Positions 63,961 to 64,000 of a DNA stretch of 64,000 nt are shown piece by piece. Where the stretch lies: positions 7,006,001 to 7,070,000 of the forward strand of contig JBHGNT010000005.1 of NCBI GenBank assembly GCA_043228905.1, given 5' to 3'. Position 1 is the stretch's first letter; each line of letters opens with the position of its first letter. Made by a program: the position numbers and the translations under genes. The notes under the pieces are model-generated. The model saw only the letters and a program-made list of their open reading frames with translations. It made no database searches and was not told the origin of the DNA. The DNA comes from Azolla caroliniana. Its lineage: Eukaryota > Plantae > Polypodiophyta.

Positions 63961-64000
63961 GATCTGATTTGGTGGGTCTTAATTTGTAACTACTAGGGGA

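Overview
Eukaryotic land-plant nuclear DNA with GT-AG introns, dense microsatellites and many transposons. The divergent plant-type genes suggest a fern or other non-seed plant, but that is inference only. Host genes: an intact two-exon CYP71-clan-type cytochrome P450 (2785-4540), a pseudogenised paralogue (28734-30519), an 8-exon ANU10-like plastid protein gene (36858-42427) with scrambled chloroplast rrn23 fragments in intron 1, and a 3-exon chloroplast DnaJ/ATJ8-like gene (56634-58600). The rest is nested retroelements: LINE-A (L1/Tx1-like) interrupted by a solo LTR and by a very young intact Ty3/gypsy chromovirus (12503-19537, TSD TGCGA); a second LINE family (copies B, C, D and tails); a short-LTR non-autonomous element with a tRNA-Ala-like PBS; and copia and CACTA remnants. 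The strongest unexplained signal is that copies of the second LINE family sit in (GA)n tracts, always with GA on the element's sense strand. They form a head-to-tail chain, and one copy is a twin-primed inversion apparently primed at the microsatellite, which suggests a (GA)n-targeting LINE system. Also notable: an AUGA stop/start overlap joining ORF1 and ORF2 in all three long LINEs, an LADD RT motif, non-canonical P450 I-helices, and a multi-stem RNA structure in the chromovirus leader.
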